In this document: positions 43,898-50,798 of the stretch, piece by piece | How the letters are laid out: each line of letters begins with the position of its first letter | How positions within the stretch are numbered: the first letter of the stretch is position 1 | DNA from: a virus | Taxonomy: Duplodnaviria > Caudoviricetes | Length of the DNA stretch: 50,798 nt | IMG/VR virus record: IMGVR_UViG_3300049227_000013 | Location: 1 to 50,798 of that record | Direction: 5' to 3' (one strand) | Notes under the pieces: model-generated | Told to the model about the DNA's origin: nothing | Database searches by the model: none | Seen by the model: only the letters and a program-made list of their open reading frames with translations | Made by a program: the position numbers and the translations under genes

Positions 43898-44083
43898 TCA
43901 ATGCCACTGAATGTAAAGTCCGACGCCGCAGCAGGGCAGCGGGCAGAACATCAGATCGAGCGCCTTCGGATATCGTTTCCAGGCCATTCCGATCCACACA
44001 GCTCTAGGAAGGAAAGCGACCTTCCAATGCCAGTAATGCAAGCTGCCCGGCTTGGGATCGGGAATCTGTCGGTCAGTTAACAT
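43898..44083 (-). CDS. cassette gene, 61-aa Trp-rich protein
   Basis: lies between sites at 43871 and 44087. Confidence 0.6.
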   Translation of the reverse strand: MLTDRQIPDPKPGSLHYWHWKVAFLPRAVWIGMAWKRYPKALDLMFCPLPCCGVGLYIQWH

Positions 44084-44108
44084 GACTTCCACCGCTGTCC
44101 GTTGGTAC

Positions 44109-44246
44109 TCATCCGGCCTTTTTCTTGCCCCGGCGCTTGCGAGGTCCGTAGAGAGCAAAGCGAACCCATTCGGCCATCCGATGGCCGTTCGGACGGCATC
44201 GCTCTTGAATCTGTTTTGCCAATGCCTTTTTCTCGTCCTTCGTCAT
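44109..44246 (-). CDS. cassette gene, basic 45-aa protein (EWVRF..GP family)
   Basis: MTKDEKKALAKQIQERCRPNGHRMAEWVRFALYGPRKRRGKKKAG; AAAGGA RBS. Confidence 0.6.
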   Translation of the reverse strand: MTKDEKKALAKQIQERCRPNGHRMAEWVRFALYGPRKRRGKKKAG

Positions 44247-44285
44247 GATGTCCTTTCTCCGGCTACGAATGGCGTAAGTTAGAAA

Positions 44286-44612
44286 TCACCCACCGATGCG
44301 AATTTCCGCCACGCCGCCAGCCTCGCCGATCTTCTCGCGCAGCTTGTTTAGCAATTCGTTGGCCTCCACAATGCCCAATCCGATCCACTCGACCGGCTTG
44401 CCAAATCGAATGATGACAGTTTGTTTGGTCGGATCGGCAGCAATGGCGTAGGACAAAGCTCCGTCGTCATCGTGGCCCATGCGCCCGGCAGGGTATTCCC
44501 GGCGAGCCGTTCCTTCCATCTGTTCGAGGAATCGTTTTTGAATTGCGGCGAACTGCTCGATCTGGCTCCGTCGTTCGCCCTCTCCAGGCCCGCCATGATG
44601 CGATGCCGACAT
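44286..44612 (-). CDS. cassette gene, hypothetical protein
   Basis: YPAGRMGHDDDGAL...FGKPVEWIG. Confidence 0.7.
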   Translation of the reverse strand: MSASHHGGPGEGERRSQIEQFAAIQKRFLEQMEGTARREYPAGRMGHDDDGALSYAIAADPTKQTVIIRFGKPVEWIGLGIVEANELLNKLREKIGEAGGVAEIRIGG

Positions 44613-44654
44613 GATGATTTCCTTTCTCTGGTTACGAACCTTGTAGGTTAGTAC

Positions 44655-44855
44655 TCACTCGATTCCTAATTCCTTGCACATCCAATCCGCTGCTGCCCGT
44701 TTGGACCAGCCGCCGAGATCTCTCCCGTCCTTTCGCCGCAGCCGCAACGTCTCCGCGGGCTCGTTGTTCCACGTCAGGAACAGCGCCGCCACGGCCTTCT
44801 CAATGTCTACCCGCGTGACGCGCTTCGCAGTCACTTTTCCCGTCTTGGTTTTCAT
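44655..44855 (-). CDS. cassette gene, 66 aa (copy A)
   Basis: 60/66 aa identical to 49387-49587. Confidence 0.75.
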   Translation of the reverse strand: MKTKTGKVTAKRVTRVDIEKAVAALFLTWNNEPAETLRLRRKDGRDLGGWSKRAAADWMCKELGIE

Positions 44856-44910
44856 GGCTTCAAACCTTGTAGGTTTGCCGTCGCCAAGCCGGTGCCGGAC
44901 GACGGCGGGG

Positions 44911-45036
44911 TTATGAATCCCTTTCGAGTCGGGTTAGCCGCTCATGCCAGCGACCGCACCAATACGCCAGTACGCAGTTGGCGATAAGCAAAACGAGATT
45001 CAGCGAACCTAGCGTAATCCAATCCGCCGTCGTCAT
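44911..45036 (-). CDS. small membrane peptide
   Basis: WITLGSLNLVLLIANCVLAYW. Confidence 0.5.
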   Translation of the reverse strand: MTTADWITLGSLNLVLLIANCVLAYWCGRWHERLTRLERDS

Positions 45037-45407
45037 CCCTCGCCCCCTTTCGCCAACAGCGCCGACAGCTCGGCGTCCAGGGCGGATTTGCCGCAGGTGC
45101 AAGCCCCGCCCGTTCCCCAAGGACCGTCCGGGCAATTGATGCTGTGCTGCAAATACGGCTGCATCCGCTCCACCAACGCGAACAGCGCGGGCACGCCGGT
45201 GCGGGAGGCGGCGATGAAGGCGGCGTCAGCCATCATGAATGCCGGGCAACGGTCCACCGAATGAATAGGCAATCCAGCTACAGCAGCCCGGTCGTGCCAT
45301 TGATTTGACCCAAGCGGCTCACTGTACCAAGCTGCCCACGGCCCTGCCGTCAGCCTCGGATTCTCCACCGCGCGTTTCAGTTCGCGGATTGCGTCGAGGT
45401 CATTCAT
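45033..45407 (-). CDS. Ead/Ea22-like domain protein
   Basis: TAGPW...ADAAFIAASR..VPAL; C-terminal HxxxC...CTCG. Confidence 0.6.
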   Translation of the reverse strand: MNDLDAIRELKRAVENPRLTAGPWAAWYSEPLGSNQWHDRAAVAGLPIHSVDRCPAFMMADAAFIAASRTGVPALFALVERMQPYLQHSINCPDGPWGTGGACTCGKSALDAELSALLAKGGEG

Positions 45408-45757
45408 GCCAGCACCCTTTCAATTTCGTCCCAATCCCTCGGCCACCACACGAACACTTCCGCCCCCACGTTTCGGAACGCTTCCAACCACTCATCTTGA
45501 TCCGGCCTCGGCTTGCGGTTCTTCACCTTCAACTCGGCCACGACTTGACGCTTTCCTCGAAGGCAGACCAGATCGGGGAAGCCCCCCGCCGACTTCTGCG
45601 AATAGTAAACGTGATACACCTTCCACCCGTTCCTCTTGGCCAGCTTCACGATAGCGGCCTGGAACGCCTTCTCGTCGATGTCGTCCACGTCGGGCGCCGG
45701 TGCTTGTTGGCCGGCGAGCGCCAGGATCTTGGCTTCGAGTTCGGGGGAGACCTTCAT
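45404..45757 (-). CDS. VRR-NUC domain nuclease
   Basis: EKAFQ, GFPDL, AELK, Q..WL. Confidence 0.85.
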   Translation of the reverse strand: MKVSPELEAKILALAGQQAPAPDVDDIDEKAFQAAIVKLAKRNGWKVYHVYYSQKSAGGFPDLVCLRGKRQVVAELKVKNRKPRPDQDEWLEAFRNVGAEVFVWWPRDWDEIERVLA

Positions 45758-46032
45758 TTCTTCTCCAAGCGGATGCGCCAGACGTCCCTACACGGCGTCT
45801 TCCCTTCGCGCTTCTCGACGATCTTCCACAGTTTCACCTTCGCCTCGTAGTTGTCGTGGACGGCCCGGTGACAGATGAAGCATAACGCCGCCAGGTTGCA
45901 ACGGATATCGACTCGGCCCGCGCCCCGGCTCATGAGATGGTGCGGGCGTCGGTCCCTGACCTTGACCTGGCACAACTCGCACACGCCGGGGCCGCGGAAC
46001 TCGTCGAGGAGCGGTTCGTCGACCAGCTTCAT
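45754..46032 (-). CDS. HNH-like endonuclease
   Basis: CELC...PHHLMSRGAG...NLAALCFICHRAVH. Confidence 0.75.
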   Translation of the reverse strand: MKLVDEPLLDEFRGPGVCELCQVKVRDRRPHHLMSRGAGRVDIRCNLAALCFICHRAVHDNYEAKVKLWKIVEKREGKTPCRDVWRIRLEKK

Positions 46033-46214
46033 TGGCGTGCCGCCTTCTCGAATGAGGACCTCATGGCAAACTGTTCGTTATGAATCGCTGCCAAGATGGC
46101 TGCTTCTCGTATCTCGGTTCCCGTGAACATGCACCGACGTAAATAGTCGTGCATGACGTCCACGAGGGACGCGAAGTGTGGATCACGGTGGTAGCGTTCC
46201 TCTGGCGTCATCAT
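46029..46214 (-). CDS. hypothetical protein
   Basis: ERYHRDPHF...FTGTEIREAA; GGAGG RBS. Confidence 0.6.
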   Translation of the reverse strand: MMTPEERYHRDPHFASLVDVMHDYLRRCMFTGTEIREAAILAAIHNEQFAMRSSFEKAARQ

Positions 46215-46606
46215 CGTTCTTTCCCTCCAGAGCAATTCTCAAGCGTCGTTCTTGTGCCGCTCTCGCTTCGCTTCGCGGCCACTGCGCGTAACCCCCCTAC
46301 CCCCCTTGCGGTTTCGTTCGCCAATCGACCCCATTATGCCAAAGGCTGATTAGGGGCTCACGCAATGACTTTTCACGGTTCGCCTGCGGCGGCCGAGCCG
46401 GCGCTTCTACCCGTTTGGGCGACGGTGCCAATCCGGTGGCTATAGGTTTGGTTGAAAGGAGAAAGGCCGAAGTGGCTGATGATCTCCTTGCAACCGCACT
46501 TCGATTGGCAATGTCGCATAGTTCCCCTTAGAATGCAAGTGCAGGTGATTTCCGCACCCGCACTTCGCGGCTCGGCCTCTGGCTCACACCAGAGGTCGCG
46601 TCGTTT

Positions 46607-47491
46607 CTAGGCGAACATGCTCGTCGGCTGCGTTTTCGCAGGCTCTCCGTTAATCAGCAACACTTCCGGCGCCTCCGTTCGCTTCGATCCACGCTTGTTC
46701 TGCGTATGCAAGTGCTTGTGCCGGGAGCAGTCGAGTACGGTCCAGCCGGGATAGAGTTTTTGCAGCTGCTCATCGGCGTAGTAGCTCACAACCACGCGCG
46801 ACTTGCGAAACCGTCCCAGGGTCTCGGCCAAGCGTTCGGCGTCGCCTTCCTTGAAATCGCAGAGGTAGCGAGAGTTGCCGCTGATCGTGCCGTGCAGGTA
46901 GGGCGGATCAATGTAGATGGCGACGTGGCGATCGTCCTCGATCTTCTCTAAGACCTTGAACACGTCGCGGCGAAGGATATGGACGTTGCGCAAGCGGTCC
47001 CACCAGGCGGGGATGGACTCGACCGCATTGCGAAAGCGAAGAGGGCCCGAGCCGCCGTTGGGCGTCCAGCGCGTTGCAATCTGGTAGTTGTAGCGCGCCG
47101 TGCCAGCGACCCCGTTGCGGCCCATCCAGGACGCGATGAAATAGTGGTAAGCGTAATCGACGCGAGACACCGGGAAGGTGCAGCATTCGTCTTCAAATTC
47201 CTTGAGCCATTCTTTGCTCGCGGCGTAGATGTCGTCGTGGTAAGGGACGCGTTGCAGGCGATCAAACAGCACCGGGGCCGTTTGGTCGTTCTGTACGGTC
47301 CAGGCCAGATTCGTAACGCCTCCGTGCAGGTCGCATACCGTCTCGTGTTCGGACACTTCCTTGGCGAACAGGACGGCAAGCGACCCGAAGCAACCCTCGA
47401 AGTAATAGGAGTGCGGCCCCAGCTGCCGAACGATCTCGGGAGCCAGGGTCCGCTTGCTGCCGAACCAGGGCGCGATCGCGGTTATCTTCAT
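46607..47491 (-). CDS. DNA adenine methyltransferase (Dam/D12 class)
   Basis: PWFGSKRTLA, EGCFGSLAV, YIDPPY, EVLLIN. Confidence 0.9.
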   Translation of the reverse strand: MKITAIAPWFGSKRTLAPEIVRQLGPHSYYFEGCFGSLAVLFAKEVSEHETVCDLHGGVTNLAWTVQNDQTAPVLFDRLQRVPYHDDIYAASKEWLKEFEDECCTFPVSRVDYAYHYFIASWMGRNGVAGTARYNYQIATRWTPNGGSGPLRFRNAVESIPAWWDRLRNVHILRRDVFKVLEKIEDDRHVAIYIDPPYLHGTISGNSRYLCDFKEGDAERLAETLGRFRKSRVVVSYYADEQLQKLYPGWTVLDCSRHKHLHTQNKRGSKRTEAPEVLLINGEPAKTQPTSMFA

Positions 47492-47787
47492 TTTGTGGTC
47501 CCGTTGAGTTGCGCCGCATACTTCGCCGCCTTCGTGAGCCGTTCCTCCAGCTCCCGAATTTCCGCCCGGCAACGCTCGGCCGCCTCCTGGGCCTTGGAGA
47601 CGACGAGCATGGCGCGGGTAGCGGTTTCCACGATGGCAGACAGGTCGAACACCTGAGCGAGCGCTTTTTGGAGCAGATCCGGGTTCTTCTCGGCGGCGAT
47701 GCCGATCCAGAGGATGAAGAGGCGGGCGAACTCCTCATCGCGGCTGGTGCGCAGGGCGTTGATGATGTTTTCGGTGTTCTCAGACAA
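47488..47787 (-). CDS. coiled-coil hypothetical protein
   Basis: TTG start after GGAGG. Confidence 0.55.
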   Translation of the reverse strand: MSENTENIINALRTSRDEEFARLFILWIGIAAEKNPDLLQKALAQVFDLSAIVETATRAMLVVSKAQEAAERCRAEIRELEERLTKAAKYAAQLNGTTK

Positions 47788-47799
47788 GGGCTAATCCTC

Positions 47800-48036
47800 C
47801 TACTTCTTGCGATGCGTAGCGGCATTGGGGCAGGTGGAAAAATGCGAGACAAACCGATCTTGGAACGGATGGCTATTCGGTTTGACATAAGTTGCCAACA
47901 GAACATCGCCGTCTTCTGTTAGCTCGATGTTGCCGCCTTCAACGGGTTCCAAGTCCACGGGCATCAGTTTGCCGCTTTTCGACTTGGCCCATCGCACGGC
48001 CGCACCGCATGATCTGCATTTGCTAGGAGTGCTCAT
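47800..48036 (-). CDS. zinc-binding small protein (CxxC...HxxxC)
   Basis: CRSCGAAVRW...GKLMPVD...SHFSTCP. Confidence 0.7.
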   Translation of the reverse strand: MSTPSKCRSCGAAVRWAKSKSGKLMPVDLEPVEGGNIELTEDGDVLLATYVKPNSHPFQDRFVSHFSTCPNAATHRKK

Positions 48037-48326
48037 TCTTCTGCCTCTCCGTTCTCCGATTCTGCCTTCCGCTTGACCTTCACGTTAGACTTGGCCGTGA
48101 TGGTCACGATGAGACCGTCGGGCGTCTCATAACGGTCGACCCCGTTTTCTTTCATTTTGTCGATGAGATTATCCTTGGCGTCGTCCTCCTGCTTCGAGAG
48201 CCTGACGCGCTCGACCATGACCTCGTAGTAGTTGTCCGCGGCATCGTCGATCGCCTTGATCGACTCGGGCTCGGTGCCCGGTATTCTTTGCTGCCGGGGC
48301 CGCTTCGCTTTCGTTTTCGTCGCCAT
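48033..48326 (-). CDS. hypothetical protein
   Basis: 97 aa charged helical protein. Confidence 0.65.
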   Translation of the reverse strand: MATKTKAKRPRQQRIPGTEPESIKAIDDAADNYYEVMVERVRLSKQEDDAKDNLIDKMKENGVDRYETPDGLIVTITAKSNVKVKRKAESENGEAEE

Positions 48327-48333
48327 CTCAGAA

Positions 48334-48540
48334 TCACTCCTGCGTAAGTTGGGTGCGTTTCTCTAACTTCGGACACGAATGAACACGATGCCTCGTCACG
48401 GTTCCAAATTCGTTGACGGGTTCGCCGAGTAAGGAAGGCTCGGCTTCGAGGGCGACGAAACGGTTGTTGGGGCGGGTCCAGATGATCCACTTGCCGCAGC
48501 CGCAGGTGTCGTACTCGGGAACGTCGGGAAGGGCCGTCAT
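48334..48540 (-). CDS. cassette gene, zinc-binding small protein
   Basis: CGCGKWIIW...HRVHSCP. Confidence 0.6.
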   Translation of the reverse strand: MTALPDVPEYDTCGCGKWIIWTRPNNRFVALEAEPSLLGEPVNEFGTVTRHRVHSCPKLEKRTQLTQE

Positions 48541-48591
48541 GGATTCATCCGGTGTGCATTAGAACTCGGCTATGGGAACCCGACCCACGGC

Positions 48592-48786
48592 TCAGGTTCC
48601 CCCGGTTGACTTTCCAGCCGTTCCGGCTCCAGGGCGGCGCTCGGCTCTCATCTGGTGTTGGTTATTTTCAATGGATGCGACCGTCGCATCCCATGCAGCT
48701 TGTTTCTGCCGACACCAGTGCTGCGGTAGATGCCTGTTTTTGCAGTAGTGGCATTTCTCAAAGGCCAAGTTGTATCGAGGATTCAT
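48592..48786 (-). CDS. cassette gene, CxxC/HxxxxxC protein
   Basis: MNPRYN...CHYCKNRHLPQHWC. Confidence 0.55.
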   Translation of the reverse strand: MNPRYNLAFEKCHYCKNRHLPQHWCRQKQAAWDATVASIENNQHQMRAERRPGAGTAGKSTGGT

Positions 48787-48815
48787 GCGTTCCACCGGCG
48801 TAAGTTAGTCCGCGC

Positions 48816-49019
48816 CTAAAACGGCTTGTCGTTCCAGCCTTCTTGAAACTCACAATCGTCCGCAGGAATCCGACAGATCGGGCAATACTCATCCGTGCCC
48901 CGGCATGAGGGGCAGCAGTCGTTTTGCACGTCGTCACACTCCGGGCAGGCCGTACGCGGGTGCGTCGGTTCCTCGCGGCGCTCCTGTTCTTCCCGTCGCA
49001 TTTGGTGCCAATCGGCCAT
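48816..49019 (-). CDS. cassette gene, Cys-rich protein
   Basis: CPEC, CPSC, CPIC. Confidence 0.6.
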   Translation of the reverse strand: MADWHQMRREEQERREEPTHPRTACPECDDVQNDCCPSCRGTDEYCPICRIPADDCEFQEGWNDKPF

Positions 49020-49044
49020 GCGTACTATCCTTGTAGGGTGGAAC

Positions 49045-49347
49045 TCAGGCTACAAACCCTTCCGGGTTGCTCAACCAGATGCACTTGCCGAGGTAGGTAT
49101 GGTTCAGCTGGAACTCGTAAATCACCGACTCATCATCCTCTCGGAACATCTCCGACTTAGCCGCCTGCACGGCAAGGTTCACGTCGTCAAAGATGCCTTC
49201 ATGAATCCACGGATCGCTCGGAGCCATTTCGCGGTAGCGCTTCAGCACGAGGTACATCTTTGGCTTCGGCGGATCGCTCAGTAGCCCGCGAATGCCTAGT
49301 TCCTGCTCCTCGATGTACTGGTTGTCATCTTCTCGGTTCCAAGTCAT
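49045..49347 (-). CDS. cassette gene, hypothetical protein
   Basis: 100 aa between sites at 49023 and 49365. Confidence 0.65.
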   Translation of the reverse strand: MTWNREDDNQYIEEQELGIRGLLSDPPKPKMYLVLKRYREMAPSDPWIHEGIFDDVNLAVQAAKSEMFREDDESVIYEFQLNHTYLGKCIWLSNPEGFVA

Positions 49348-49386
49348 GGCTTGTCATCCCCGGCTTCCAATGAAGTTGGTTAGTAC

Positions 49387-49587
49387 TCACTCGATTCCTA
49401 ATTCCTTGCACATCCAATTCGCTGCTGCCTGTTTGGACCAGCCGCCGAGATCGCTCCCGTCCTTTCGCCGCAGCCGCAACGTCTCCACGGCCTCGTTGTT
49501 CCACGTCAGGAACAGCGCCGCCACGGCCTTCTCAATGTCTGCCCGCGTGACGCGCTTCGCAGTCACTTTTCCCGTCTTGGTTTTCAT
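49387..49587 (-). CDS. cassette gene, 66 aa (copy B)
   Basis: near-identical to 44655-44855. Confidence 0.75.
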   Translation of the reverse strand: MKTKTGKVTAKRVTRADIEKAVAALFLTWNNEAVETLRLRRKDGSDLGGWSKQAAANWMCKELGIE

Positions 49588-49612
49588 GGCTTCTCTCGTA
49601 GGCGGTTAGTAG

Positions 49613-49870
49613 TCATCCCTCTTCCGGCCGTGCATAAGTCTTTGGCATTCGAGCTAACATTTCCTGCGGCAAGCCGATTGCTTCGCCAAGATCGCGCGGG
49701 TCAAGCCCCGCCTGGAAACTAATAAACGAAAGCTCAGTGAGCATGTCGGTTGTCTCTTTTGCCAAGTCTTGTGGCTGTTCCGGCGAATACCCACCGATAG
49801 CCATGTCGCAGCGAATCAGGTGAATCACCAATCGCCGGTGCGCCAGCTTGACTCGCTCCCGCTTAGTCAC
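49613..49870 (-). CDS. cassette gene, hypothetical protein
   Basis: 85 aa between sites at 49591 and 49875. Confidence 0.6.
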   Translation of the reverse strand: MTKRERVKLAHRRLVIHLIRCDMAIGGYSPEQPQDLAKETTDMLTELSFISFQAGLDPRDLGEAIGLPQEMLARMPKTYARPEEG

Positions 49871-49908
49871 TGACTTCCCTCATGGGTGATTGGAACGCGC
49901 CTATTTGC

Positions 49909-50798
49909 TCACTTCTTCCTGCCAAAGCACGAGTTGAGATGGGCATGGTACAGCGGTTCGCCGTTCCGTTCCACGGTCACAGCCTGGTTCTCGATGATGT
50001 CGAACTGGCCATGGGGCGAGCGTTCGGCGTCAAGGGCCATCCACTTCATTTTCTGCGTCCGGCAGAGGATGATCGGCGCTTGGCAGTCCTTGCAGTTCTT
50101 GCGGATCGGCTCCTCCGCCTTCCTGACAGGTCGCTCCGCCAGTTGCCGCAACTTCTCGAAGCAGCGCTCAAACTCGGCCCGGAGAGCCGCCGTTTCCTGC
50201 TTGGGTACGCTCAAGAGCCTTCCCATGTCGTCGATGCGTTCAAAAAGGGGTTTCTGGACCCGAACCGCGTACTTGATGAAGGGATTCGCTAACGGCTCGC
50301 CTTTGGCCTCGGAATCGTCCCCAGGCTCGCGTTTGGGCCGTGAGGGGGCCTTGGGAGCCTTTGGAGCATCCGACCCCGCCTTGGGCCTCTCAGGGGCGTT
50401 TATGGCCTTGCAGTCCTTGCAGTCGGGGATCGGCTTGTGCGTCCGGCAGTGCCGGCAGCGCAATAGTCCAGTCGGAGCCGCCGTAACCTCTTGCGGCTCG
50501 TTCTCTTTGAGCAAATCGACGGCATCGCGGATCGACTGGCATTGGGCGATCCGCGGCGCGTCGCATTTGCCGATGGCCATGAACTCCTGTGCCCGGCGCG
50601 TGGTGACGCTGCCGATCTTTTGCAGGGTCGCCAGCCATTCTCCGGCCGCGCACGTGTCCTTGATCTTGGCGAGCACCTTGCCGTACTCGATGGCCCGCTG
50701 GAGATTGAATTTCTCCTGCTTGACGATCTCGGCGTTGTACTCGCGGGCGACGGCGATCAGCTCGGTAAGGGCGTTGGAAGGGCGGACGAGGGCGGGAG
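49909..50798 (-). CDS. DUF3102-like protein with C-terminal zinc domain, 5' partial
   Basis: frame open to window end; AIEYGKVLAKIK...GEWL...RRAQEFM; C-terminal CKDC...HLNSC. Confidence 0.65.
   Translation of the reverse strand, partial: PALVRPSNALTELIAVAREYNAEIVKQEKFNLQRAIEYGKVLAKIKDTCAAGEWLATLQKIGSVTTRRAQEFMAIGKCDAPRIAQCQSIRDAVDLLKENEPQEVTAAPTGLLRCRHCRTHKPIPDCKDCKAINAPERPKAGSDAPKAPKAPSRPKREPGDDSEAKGEPLANPFIKYAVRVQKPLFERIDDMGRLLSVPKQETAALRAEFERCFEKLRQLAERPVRKAEEPIRKNCKDCQAPIILCRTQKMKWMALDAERSPHGQFDIIENQAVTVERNGEPLYHAHLNSCFGRKK

Larger units (their letters stand above)
43871..44879. repeat. cassette-site array 1: five 21-bp 7-7-7 sites (43871, 44087, 44264, 44633, 44859)
   Basis: tgcgaac-ggcgtaa-gttagtc; ttccacc-gctgtcc-gttggta; tacgaat-ggcgtaa-gttagaa; tacgaac-cttgtag-gttagta; ttcaaac-cttgtag-gtttgcc. 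Confidence 0.8.
48544..49895. repeat. cassette-site array 2: six 21-bp 7-7-7 sites (48544, 48790, 49023, 49365, 49591, 49875)
   Basis: ttcatcc-ggtgtgc-attagaa; ttccacc-ggcgtaa-gttagtc; tactatc-cttgtag-ggtggaa; ttccaat-gaagttg-gttagta; ttctctc-gtaggcg-gttagta; ttccctc-atgggtg-attggaa. Confidence 0.8.

Noticed and set aside
44646-49593. Diversity-generating retroelement template/variable repeat pair
   Set aside because: Both copies are intact whole genes, the differences are not confined to adenines, and no reverse transcriptase is present.
43871-49895. Classical integron attC sites or a CRISPR array
   Set aside because: The AAC and GTT-like arms are only 7 nt apart with no long attC hairpin; the intervening units are whole genes of variable length; no IntI or cas gene is in the window.
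1-50798. Stop-codon reassignment
   Set aside because: Core genes are full length in the standard code and TAA, TAG and TGA all end tightly packed genes.

Overview
The whole window is part of a tailed dsDNA phage or prophage genome with a podovirus-like head and tail-nozzle architecture, and no host housekeeping genes are visible. Host-type motifs (the Planctomycete extracellular signal RRRLGVEQLEDRNCPT and an EFxxAMDxW...FPT small protein) point to a Planctomycetota host. Layout: tail/virion genes (1-16.1 kb, minus); portal, putative ejected proteins and terminase (16.1-24.1 kb, minus); an early-like region with a serine recombinase, SNF2-like helicase and DUF6094-type methyltransferase (24.2-32.6 kb, minus); a non-coding, possibly terminal/packaging region (32.6-33.4 kb); a plus-strand scaffold/capsid/glycosyltransferase/lysis operon (34.7-42.7 kb); and a minus-strand accessory region (42.8-50.8 kb) with VRR-NUC, an HNH-like gene, a DNA adenine methylase and a DUF3102-like gene. 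The most striking observation is two arrays of tiny genes (43.87-44.88 kb and 48.5-49.9 kb) in which every gene boundary carries a 21-bp 7-7-7 quasi-palindromic site (TWC-N3-Y / 7-nt core / RKTDGWA-like). Cores are reused between sites, and one gene is duplicated between the arrays almost exactly site to site. This looks like a phage gene-cassette shuffling system, and the unit following the last site is a tRNA-like RNA. All family assignments are from motif recognition by eye, not database searches.
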